Positions 56,501-64,000 of a stretch of 64,000 bases of DNA are shown here, one piece after another. How positions within the stretch are numbered: position 1 is the first letter of the stretch; the number at the start of each line of letters is the position of its first letter. The stretch spans positions 128,001 through 192,000 of the IMG/VR virus record IMGVR_UViG_3300037067_003400; one strand, 5' to 3'. The stretch comes from a virus (Duplodnaviria > Caudoviricetes). The position numbers and the translations under genes were made by a program. The notes under the pieces were generated by a model. That model had not been told where the DNA came from, searched no databases, and was given only the letters and a program-made list of their open reading frames with translations.

Positions 56501-59389
56501 TACACAGTAGAAGTCTGGGTCTGCGTAAGCATTAGTATTTAAGTCTTTTATTATTTCATAGTTTTCTCTTAGTACAGGGTCAAAGTAAACTCGTAGCTCT
56601 TCAGCATCCCATTGTCTATAACCTTCTGCTGACATTTGTACCATCCAGTTTCTTAGTTCTGGATAGGTAGGAAGCTTCATATCTGGGTAAAGTTCTAACC
56701 CACGAATCTTAGTGTGGAAGTATTCTGAACGTAGAATATTTTTCCCAGTAGCATCTGATGTTCTTTGTAAACCTTCAAAGGTGTTACCATACCATTCTGG
56801 GTCGTCTAAAGCTTTTAAGTTTTCTCTGTTTCTAATAAGAGGATCAAAAGCTACAAAGTTAATTTCGAATTTATGTATCCCAGGAAATCCAGGGTCAGTA
56901 GATATGTTACAGTTTAATGGTAATACAGTTGTAACACCAAGAAGCTGAAAGACTTCATTAGTTATATACATATAACCAGCAAAACCTTTATTACTATCTA
57001 TACCTACTCCTCTATAAGTTCTTGTAAGATAATCTAATTGTTCAAATAGTTCTCTAAGTAACTTAACATCAACTTCATCATTAATGGTTCCATTAATAGT
57101 TATAATAGTATCTCCGCTACCAGTAAACTGGTGAGAGGATTCTTCTCTACCTTTTATAACTTGCTTAACTACATTACATGTCATCCCAGCAGTTATCTGC
57201 TCTATGTTCATTGTAGGTATTTCTAATGTTTGCCATTGAGTAGTTGCGCTCTTAGTTAGTTTCTTTTCTAACTTTGCTAATGTGGCTCCTATATTTGATG
57301 ATGATTGTTTTACACTACTAATTGATTTCTGCCATACACTATCTTTTAGTATCTCTGTTGGGAATGCTACGTAGTAGTTCCCATAGTTACGTTGAGCATC
57401 AATAGCTTTATCTACAAGTTCTTTATTTGTTTCTACGCCTCTTTTAGTTCCAGTCTCTGTAGCAAGTATAGCTCCATAGTCTTGAACCATTTTATCTAAC
57501 TCCGCTTTACTTAAAGGAGTAGATGTTATCTGTATATTATTTCCAGTTCTTGTTAGCTGTACACCTTTACTTGCTACTTGTACATTAGCTGCTTCTCGTT
57601 GTTCCGGTCTAATAGAAGTATCATATATTTTGATGTTGCTATCAGTAGATGCTAACTCTGCATATCTTAATAAGAATCTTGAGCTTTCTACTTTCATTAA
57701 AGCATAAGACTTATTATATATCTGTGGTCTTGATTGTAAATGTTCTCCTACGTAAGAATCCACATACTTTGTTTCTTGTGCAGTATAGTTTATTAACTTA
57801 CCAGTAAAACCATTAGCACCTTCGCTTAATGTGATAGTTGTGTTCTTATCATAGTAAGCTTTAGGCTCTATGTTAGATACCCCAGATGATGCAATAGCTA
57901 ATAGGTCTGCATCTTCCATCTCTCTTTTTAATATAGCTTTTGGATCAAATAGAGTTCCATAATCATATAGAGTTTTTAAGTATCCTTCTGTTGGTATAGC
58001 AAATTGGAAGTAACCATTCATCTTAGGTGAGTTGGTTATTGTATCTATTAGTAGGGGCTTGGTATCTGTATGATCATTACACCATTTTATGAATAGAGGA
58101 TAGCAAAAAGTAGAATCAAAGTTTGGAGCTAATCCCATATAAGCTCTCCAGTCAAACTTGGAAGCTTGTATAATTACATCTAAACTATTAGGATATCCTG
58201 GGGTAGTAGCAATTTGGAATGCTTCTACTGCTATTGCGTCTGTATCATAAAGGTCATTTAGTTCTGCATTTTCTATTGGTAGAAATGGTGTATGTTCTAT
58301 CTGTCTTATCAAAGGTAATACTACATTGTTAATAGCATCACCATTGGCAGCGGTTAGCTTTATCTGAAAGCTACTTTCTACATTTCCAAAACCTTTAGCT
58401 AAACTACCATGTGCTCTTAGTAACGGGCTTAACTCTACCTGATTAACTCTTGTCATTGCTATACTTTCAGGTGGAATCATAAATGGAACCGAGCCGATAC
58501 GCATGTAACCAGGATCTATCTTAGCTTCCCATTCTGAAGTAAGTTCTTTATATGGTATAGGTAAAGGAAACCAGTGTGGCTCTTCTTGGAATAGTTCTGA
58601 GTCATATGTTATGGGAGTCTCTTTTTCGACAGCCTTGTAATTTCTAACAGTTTTTTCTTTGGAAGGTTTCTTAGCTACAGAGGGAATTTTAAATACTCCA
58701 CCAGTCCCAGGATCGTAGTAGTCAATCATATTTTTATCAGAGGTTCCTGGTAAGTGAATGTCTGGGTATATCCAAGCTTTAGCTTCTTCTGCTTTTGTTA
58801 TAGTTACTTTTGCTTTAGTATCTACTATAGGAGTTTGAAGAGTAGCTCCAGTTGCTGGGTCTATATATTCAAGTTGTCTTGATGCTAATGCTTTAGATGG
58901 TTTTACATCTGGGTATATCCAAGCTCTTGGTTTTTCTTCTTTTAAAGTTAACCCAAGTTTTGATATGCCTAAAGAAGCTAAGTATATTGTTGCTTCTTCA
59001 GCAAGTATCTCTAACTTTTCTATGTTTGGTAGTGACTTAGGTATTTCTATTTTACTTTCTTTTGATTTATATGTTACTGTCTTGAAAGTATTAGTTAATA
59101 GTTTAGCTTTAGTTTCAATAGGCACTTCCGAAAGATTGTAAAGTTTAATCCCATTAGTTATATTCTTATTTAGCTCAGCATTGTAATCATTACCATCAAG
59201 TTTAGCAGGGTCACTACCATAGATACTAAGCATAACCCAATCTCCAGTAACTCTAAATCTTTCTGGTTTAGGTATGTTAATAGTTGTCTGTGTTTTACCT
59301 TCTGGGTATGAATAGTGAACAACTTTGGTTGGTTTTCCATTTTTAGTTTCTGCTACATGAGCTAAGACAGTTTTCTTTGGTTGTGCCAT
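53558..59389 (-). CDS. giant tail/baseplate-hub protein with SLT (lytic transglycosylase) domain
   Basis: AAALLAKE...GLGQM...AAYN SLT motifs; LKPGARVHVRMGFG...FNGTITEV and GDPSIKPYD...VTQH hub motifs. Confidence 0.75.
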   Translation of the reverse strand: MAQPKKTVLAHVAETKNGKPTKVVHYSYPEGKTQTTINIPKPERFRVTGDWVMLSIYGSDPAKLDGNDYNAELNKNITNGIKLYNLSEVPIETKAKLLTNTFKTVTYKSKESKIEIPKSLPNIEKLEILAEEATIYLASLGISKLGLTLKEEKPRAWIYPDVKPSKALASRQLEYIDPATGATLQTPIVDTKAKVTITKAEEAKAWIYPDIHLPGTSDKNMIDYYDPGTGGVFKIPSVAKKPSKEKTVRNYKAVEKETPITYDSELFQEEPHWFPLPIPYKELTSEWEAKIDPGYMRIGSVPFMIPPESIAMTRVNQVELSPLLRAHGSLAKGFGNVESSFQIKLTAANGDAINNVVLPLIRQIEHTPFLPIENAELNDLYDTDAIAVEAFQIATTPGYPNSLDVIIQASKFDWRAYMGLAPNFDSTFCYPLFIKWCNDHTDTKPLLIDTITNSPKMNGYFQFAIPTEGYLKTLYDYGTLFDPKAILKREMEDADLLAIASSGVSNIEPKAYYDKNTTITLSEGANGFTGKLINYTAQETKYVDSYVGEHLQSRPQIYNKSYALMKVESSRFLLRYAELASTDSNIKIYDTSIRPEQREAANVQVASKGVQLTRTGNNIQITSTPLSKAELDKMVQDYGAILATETGTKRGVETNKELVDKAIDAQRNYGNYYVAFPTEILKDSVWQKSISSVKQSSSNIGATLAKLEKKLTKSATTQWQTLEIPTMNIEQITAGMTCNVVKQVIKGREESSHQFTGSGDTIITINGTINDEVDVKLLRELFEQLDYLTRTYRGVGIDSNKGFAGYMYITNEVFQLLGVTTVLPLNCNISTDPGFPGIHKFEINFVAFDPLIRNRENLKALDDPEWYGNTFEGLQRTSDATGKNILRSEYFHTKIRGLELYPDMKLPTYPELRNWMVQMSAEGYRQWDAEELRVYFDPVLRENYEIIKDLNTNAYADPDFYCVPFSQYGKELIESVVRSNGEDNTEIMDREGIKTTIPYMGGIKSTKDLVAQTQAAEAQYNRAISLINSTSGSGYGMVTTESLQANLSQKGISQYSQIIENVRKKQPTAVPYGIAAALLAKEGGAASISLYDKGLSYGLGQMTTATLLGQLRRMSSNKFKDKGGGVYSWRNGNDWLDFTVKTNYASNDEVDKNDPRRFPEFIIDVSLGYLQSHYSSIAAAAGGKLSSSEVWILCIAAYNSPGYVLKVCKSAYASNKEGTGLFSQITDTLNTKAGTNLTKVLAWLGDKNKAKEPAAINPEPSIPAAAGINSWSVDMTANSNIDKKEEADRLNDLNSGQGSDFTPVSEAFYREDGKDMFFDMRNYSNYGRLLRAFPTYCLLLVDGGRWLRFWRMYDHWYGMTAVQSIDVHKTRKSPVDTAIITFSNQFGYLTKMPAENPLLEGINYKWGIEYMFGGIKSTLFPNISNILDKWNLHANSLLLKPGARVHVRMGFGSNPNNLPIVFNGTITEVPAPEENLTVVALGDGIELLNQLEQSGAPYRSYTWLGAGIEPREAILTVMSPTNVIEWMTEGGYNANNPYGIEHFGRPTYGATKDVGEIGINIYRADEDAFKLDQSIANTSLWDTYDIFGLSRGFKGGESLIGLNMDEATAWKVIDTCTKVAPDYIHAVYPFDLQSTLFYGKPYWPLNYEYTTEFMLKQAIAMNAGTSGVEAKPDDFVKSIIEAPETVFLRKPFQQYHIVASSINLIANKIIASSEDIYTICQAKGTSNSWATRDNHEHYTMKAYLDTDILPEYQKLLTVNSGLYSTGAMDAGDIITNWIIGGMGKVLGNLSRTPDNNYAISSLKEVVKDMYQGSIIVAGDPSIKPYDRCYIADTDAEMAGLIEVKEVTQHISAENGLITTISPDLMVSAVDSGDQITWAWGVRAGQKAVAALLLQQTASKLSQVLTPEMCAKYILSLILKLDKWGTGVAAGTSIRLKKHSNERY

Positions 59390-62296
59390 TTAATAAGCCA
59401 CGCCTCTCTTGTATGTGTTACTGTATATTTCATCTTTTCTACTTCTTGAAATATCTATGTCATTAAAGTTAACATTCATGTTTAAATTCATAGTGTTTGG
59501 ATTTGCTGGTTCTGAAACTTCTGATACATGTGTAGTAGCTTCAGGTTTTGCCTGATGCTTTACCCCATGATGTATATGATCTACTGCTCTACCTATTGCT
59601 TTGAGCCCTGCGCCTAAGGCAAAGTACACTGGAATAGATAGTAAAGGAGTCAGCCCCAGTTTACCAGTCTGCTTTAAACTTGTTATGATTTCCTGGTCTA
59701 CTGTTTCTTCTAATAAACCCTCTGCTACTCTGTGCCAATCTTGTGCTAAGTTTGCTATAGCTGGTTTACTCATTAGTGTAGGTTTAGAATCTACCATTCT
59801 ATATAAAGAATTTAATACCTTTGCGGCTCCAGCTCTAATAGGCTGCGACTGCATAGCTCTTCCTACTCCAGCACTTACTAATCTATCAGTAAGTGGGTCT
59901 GTAATAGCATAAGCCATACCCCCTAATTTTTGTTCCCAACTACGACCGGTGGCCAAGGATACTACCCCAGAGCCCAGTGCAGCAAAGTATCTTGCTCCTA
60001 TAGTAGTACTAACTGCTCCTGAGTATGCAGCTGCTAATTTATTAGTTAAGTCTCCAGTAGCTGCTTTGTATGCAGTGTATCCACTATAGCCCTGCATTCC
60101 AGCCATGATAGCTATTGCAGTAAATGGTACTATGTTCTGTACTGGGTGTTTTATTGCCTCTATACCTGTCTGGTATTTCTCAGTAGCTGCTGCTATTACG
60201 TCTGTAGTAGAGTGTGGCTTGAATGGCATATGAAATAAGTTTTTGAAAAAGCTACCAGCAGCAGATTCCAGTACTTGGTCTATTTTATTTTCTCCCTCTC
60301 TCTTTATTACAGACTCTGCTACTTCAGTAGCTGAACGTTTCATATTTCCTGCTGCATTTTGTAGAGTGGGTTTGCCTATCTCTGCTAACACAGCTCTTCT
60401 AAAATTCTTGTTGCCATGTATAGCATGTAGCTCTCTTGCTTTATCTGGGTTTCTATTAGTCCATTGTATAATTTTGCTTAGTGGTCCACTACCAGCTGTG
60501 TATCTCATTTGTCTGAGGAGTCCACCCTCTGCTTTTGATACACCTTCTTCAAGTAGGTAGTTTTGTGCCTCTTCTCCTTTTAGGTTTTTAAATAGTTTTA
60601 GTTGAGTCTTTATATCTTCTAACATCGAGCTATAGTAGTCATTTGCCCCTTCAAGTCTACCTATTTTTTCTGGGCTATCTTTTGCTTTACGTATTAAGGC
60701 TTTGTTTTCCTTTATTATATTTCGTATACCTTTTACAGATTTTTGTAAAGTTGCCCCATGTGCTCCTGTAGTCATGTCTAAGTAAAACTTTCGTATGTCA
60801 GTTGATACTCCAGCTTCTATTTCGATACCTAATAAATGTGGTACTCTTGAGTTAAATCGTTTACTAAATCCAAAAGGCTTCATGCCCATCATAGCATTAG
60901 CATCTATGAATGCATACATTTGGTCTCTTTTGTTTGGTATTCTTGAAAGTATTTTTCTCCAACCAACAGCTTCTCCTACTTCATGCCCAACCAAAGCTTC
61001 TATATGTTCTGGATATTTTTTTGCAAATGAGCGTTCTATTAGAATAGCATTACTATTAGTTGATACTTCTGGGAAAGACAATGCTGGATTAGACTTGTCA
61101 TCAAATAAGAAGTAGTCTATATTACCTATACCTTTTATATTAATAGAACTTTTCTCTAATTGTGTAAGGTCTTCTACTCCAAATAGTGTCTTTAGTGTAG
61201 CTGCGTCTGGCATAGGTTGACCATCAGCCATTAAAGCTCTACGTATTATCTCTGGGTCGGTCTGTATGTTATTTATAGTATCTATAGCACCTTCACCAAA
61301 GAGAGCTGCTGCTAATGGGTCTGCTGTAGATTTGAAATGGTAAGGCATCTGGAACAATTTTTTAAAGTACTGCCCTAAACCAGATTCTAAGTTCCTATGT
61401 AGAACTATATTAGGAAGTCTTGAGGCTACTTTCCTTGCCAGTTCCCTATCTGATATATTAGTTCTACCTATTGTAGACATTAGTTCTTTAAGTATATCAG
61501 GTTGACTTCTAAATTCGTGTTTAACTAAGTCAAGGGTTTCTCTATATTGTGATGGTCTTCCTCTTGAAAGCATCCTATTAATACTTACTTTAGCCTCTGG
61601 GTTTCTTCCCCCTAGTGTTTCTGAAAGTAAGTCTGGTTTTAGAAATCTTCTTCCTGCTGTTTGCCGAATTACCTTTTCTTCATTTCTACGAATAGCTTTG
61701 GCTGTTGCTTTTAAATATCTATTATTGGGCATAGACAACGTAGCAACAGGAATCTCCATAGATGGTAGACCAAATCCAGCCATCTGAAGTGGGAGTGGGG
61801 TATTAAAAGTTCTTGGTAGCCTGGCTGTAAGGTATCTTTTAGTTAGTGCTGGGTCTGTATTTTTAAGAGCAAACTCTGGGAATGTTCCCCCAAAACAAGA
61901 GTTAAGATAGGCTGCCTCTTTTTTGTTTACAAGTTCCTCTCCTACTAATACACCTGGATGTTGGAATAGTGCCCTCGTTCTTGAAGTCTCATTTGATAAT
62001 GGTTGCAGTCCTGCAGGACTACCATGTATAGTCAGAACCTGTTGGTTCTGTGGTGTGCGTAATCCTACATGTGTTTTTTCCCCACCAACAAATTCACTAA
62101 AGGCATCCATTTCAGCAGTTGGTTGGTCATCTATAAATGGTAAATGTAGCCCAGCTATTTTTGTCATTTCTCTATCTGGGTCTAACGTGCCTATTCTTCC
62201 AAGCATGCTGTTCCTAGACCTCGCAGTTCCTTTTAGGAACTCTGAGGCAGCATACCATTCATTGTTTGAGGCATTAACTCTAGTGGGCCTAGCCAT
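59390..62296 (-). CDS. large multidomain protein (possible virion-delivered polyvalent protein)
   Basis: IHGSP...LNSC (clan CD protease-like), HEVGE...PH (zincin-like), a duplicated 29-aa segment, hydrophobic C-terminal helices. Confidence 0.5.
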   Translation of the reverse strand: MARPTRVNASNNEWYAASEFLKGTARSRNSMLGRIGTLDPDREMTKIAGLHLPFIDDQPTAEMDAFSEFVGGEKTHVGLRTPQNQQVLTIHGSPAGLQPLSNETSRTRALFQHPGVLVGEELVNKKEAAYLNSCFGGTFPEFALKNTDPALTKRYLTARLPRTFNTPLPLQMAGFGLPSMEIPVATLSMPNNRYLKATAKAIRRNEEKVIRQTAGRRFLKPDLLSETLGGRNPEAKVSINRMLSRGRPSQYRETLDLVKHEFRSQPDILKELMSTIGRTNISDRELARKVASRLPNIVLHRNLESGLGQYFKKLFQMPYHFKSTADPLAAALFGEGAIDTINNIQTDPEIIRRALMADGQPMPDAATLKTLFGVEDLTQLEKSSINIKGIGNIDYFLFDDKSNPALSFPEVSTNSNAILIERSFAKKYPEHIEALVGHEVGEAVGWRKILSRIPNKRDQMYAFIDANAMMGMKPFGFSKRFNSRVPHLLGIEIEAGVSTDIRKFYLDMTTGAHGATLQKSVKGIRNIIKENKALIRKAKDSPEKIGRLEGANDYYSSMLEDIKTQLKLFKNLKGEEAQNYLLEEGVSKAEGGLLRQMRYTAGSGPLSKIIQWTNRNPDKARELHAIHGNKNFRRAVLAEIGKPTLQNAAGNMKRSATEVAESVIKREGENKIDQVLESAAGSFFKNLFHMPFKPHSTTDVIAAATEKYQTGIEAIKHPVQNIVPFTAIAIMAGMQGYSGYTAYKAATGDLTNKLAAAYSGAVSTTIGARYFAALGSGVVSLATGRSWEQKLGGMAYAITDPLTDRLVSAGVGRAMQSQPIRAGAAKVLNSLYRMVDSKPTLMSKPAIANLAQDWHRVAEGLLEETVDQEIITSLKQTGKLGLTPLLSIPVYFALGAGLKAIGRAVDHIHHGVKHQAKPEATTHVSEVSEPANPNTMNLNMNVNFNDIDISRSRKDEIYSNTYKRGVAY

Positions 62297-62329
62297 TTAT
62301 ATCTCCGATATAAGGGGTAACTTAGTGGA

Positions 62330-64000
62330 TTATTTCTTCCAGGTATCTGCTATTTCTATACCTATTTCAATAGGTACATCTGGGAGCCAGGTCTTGGCAG
62401 CCTGAATCATCTTAGTTTCAGTTATTGTGGCTACTTGTTTTATCTTTTCTTCTGGAGCTATTACTACTATTTCATCATGCACCCACATTATAATTCTACA
62501 TTCACCTTCATAGGAGCTTAGCTTTTCTAATTCAGGTGTAACTAATATAGTAGCAAGTTTAATAGCATCTCCATTAGTAGCTTGGATAGGCATATTAGTA
62601 GCTGCACGTTCTATCATCCCCATTATTTTTTTATATCTATCTGGGTCTGTGTTTGCATCTGCAGCTAAAGGAACAGTGTAGTATCTTTTTCTTCCAGCAA
62701 GGCTGGTTGTATAGCCTTCTTTAACAGCTTGCTCTTTTAAGTTGTTTAAGTATTTTTCAACTCTTCTATACATTGCATAGTAAGCATTGATAATCTTTTT
62801 AGCATCATCTTCTGGTATACCAGCTGACTGTGCTACTGTATAATAACTTGCTCCATAAGGTAAAGCAAAGGATATAGACTTAGCTACTGTTCTTTGCTCT
62901 TTAGTTACCTGTCCTGGTGGAACATTATATATAGCTGAGGCTGTCATTCTATGGAAGTCAGTCTCATAAACATCTTGCAGGTATGCAGCAATCTTAGGAT
63001 ACTTAGCTAATAGTTTATTGTAAGCTTCAGGTTCTTTATCTTTATCTGGGATTGAACCTATCTCCATTTCTTCGAGATATAGTTTTAGTTTAGTGTTAGC
63101 CTGAAAACCTTTTATGAAAGCATCTATTAGCTTTTGTTCACCAGAAGCTTGTGCAAGTATTCTAACTTCAAACTGTGATACATCTAAGATACCTACTTTG
63201 AATCCTGATTTTAAAGGTCGTATCATTTGTCTAAACTTATTATCTCGAGGAATGTTCTGGGCATTTGGATCCCTTGAATTCATTCTTCCAGTGTCTGTAA
63301 AGGTTTGCCCATAAGAGGCATGGACGCAATTAGTTTTCTTATTTAGAAAATCTGTGCCCCATTGCTTAGCATAGTCTCTCTCTTTAATGACTCCCCTGAA
63401 GTCCAGTATCTTATTTATTAATACAGCTGCTTCAGATTCTTTATTTGTAAGCTCACTAATATATCTGGAAAGAGTATTTTCGTTAGTATCTTCTACATTG
63501 ATACCACGTTCTGATAATATTTCCTTAAGCTGGTCTGGTGATTGTATATTAATTTGATGTGACTTATAGCCTAAGAAGTCAAGAAGTTCTTTTTCTTTAG
63601 TAGCTATTACACTATTTATTTCTTTCTCAAGGTTCTTAGCATATGCTACATCTACTGGTATACCAAAATGTTTATGTTCTCCAAGTATAGGAATCATTGG
63701 GCGTTCTAACGTTTCCCATATATGGTATAGTTTTTCTTTCTTTAACTTTTCTTCATAGATATCTGCTAATGTTATTAACCAGCAAACGTCTCCTGCACAG
63801 TAAGCTATCTGGGTATTAGTAAGTGGGCTTTCTTCGTCTAAGTCTTGGAAGCTTTTCTGTAGAGTCTTGTCTACTACTATACCTAAGTCTTCTTCCATAC
63901 AATCATCTAAGCCAGCTCTTTTATTTAACTTACCAGCATTAAGCATCTGCCTACCCATCATAGTATCGAAGTAGAAGTTAGTCTTAACATTATAGTGCTG
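62330..64000 (-). CDS. polA: family A DNA polymerase with 3'-5' exonuclease (5' end beyond the window)
   Basis: Frame open to 64000 (FDTM); YCAGD; TGRMNSRDPNAQNIP; motif A DVSQFEVR; motif B RTVAKSISFALPYG; motif C VHDE. Confidence 0.95.
   Translation of the reverse strand, partial: QHYNVKTNFYFDTMMGRQMLNAGKLNKRAGLDDCMEEDLGIVVDKTLQKSFQDLDEESPLTNTQIAYCAGDVCWLITLADIYEEKLKKEKLYHIWETLERPMIPILGEHKHFGIPVDVAYAKNLEKEINSVIATKEKELLDFLGYKSHQINIQSPDQLKEILSERGINVEDTNENTLSRYISELTNKESEAAVLINKILDFRGVIKERDYAKQWGTDFLNKKTNCVHASYGQTFTDTGRMNSRDPNAQNIPRDNKFRQMIRPLKSGFKVGILDVSQFEVRILAQASGEQKLIDAFIKGFQANTKLKLYLEEMEIGSIPDKDKEPEAYNKLLAKYPKIAAYLQDVYETDFHRMTASAIYNVPPGQVTKEQRTVAKSISFALPYGASYYTVAQSAGIPEDDAKKIINAYYAMYRRVEKYLNNLKEQAVKEGYTTSLAGRKRYYTVPLAADANTDPDRYKKIMGMIERAATNMPIQATNGDAIKLATILVTPELEKLSSYEGECRIIMWVHDEIVVIAPEEKIKQVATITETKMIQAAKTWLPDVPIEIGIEIADTWKK

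Noticed and set aside
1388-63314. All plus-strand ORFs in the track
   Set aside because: Short, antisense to well-supported minus-strand genes or tRNAs, with no recognisable motifs; treated as shadow ORFs.
1-64000. Stop-codon reassignment (alternative genetic code)
   Set aside because: Standard code gives dense, full-length genes ending in TAA, TAG and TGA; tRNA-Leu(UAG) reads CUA and is not an amber suppressor.

Overview
AT-rich segment of a large (probably jumbo) myovirus-type bacteriophage genome; every credible gene is on the minus strand. In transcription order (from 64 kb down) it contains: a family A DNA polymerase (5'-truncated by the window); a 968-aa multidomain protein with protease-like motifs; a giant tail/hub protein with a lytic-transglycosylase domain whose CHAP-like C-terminal part is split off by a frameshift in an A7 run; spike, gp25-like and baseplate-J genes with a SEC-C-tagged glycosyltransferase wedged among them; about 20 kb of baseplate/fibre genes; an accessory region with six tRNAs (all with U34 anticodons), a GIY-YIG endonuclease flanked by tRNA-Pro and a relic tRNA-Pro 3' end, an outer-membrane beta-barrel-like protein, rfbA, two structured RNA candidates, zinc-finger and exported proteins and a holin-like gene; a DnaB-type helicase whose intein carries a LacI-type HTH; a self-contained 16-gene, 14-kb nucleotide-sugar/glycosyltransferase operon (HddA, HddC, ColD-like C3 dehydratase, YerE-like ThDP enzyme, B12 radical SAM, second radical SAM, methyltransferase, five GTs); and a RecU-like resolvase running off the window start. 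The best candidate for an undescribed system is a phage-encoded pathway for a deoxy, probably C-branched/methylated sugar plus seven glycosyltransferases, whose target (virion, DNA or host surface) cannot be determined from sequence. All family assignments are from motifs recognised by eye; no searches were run.
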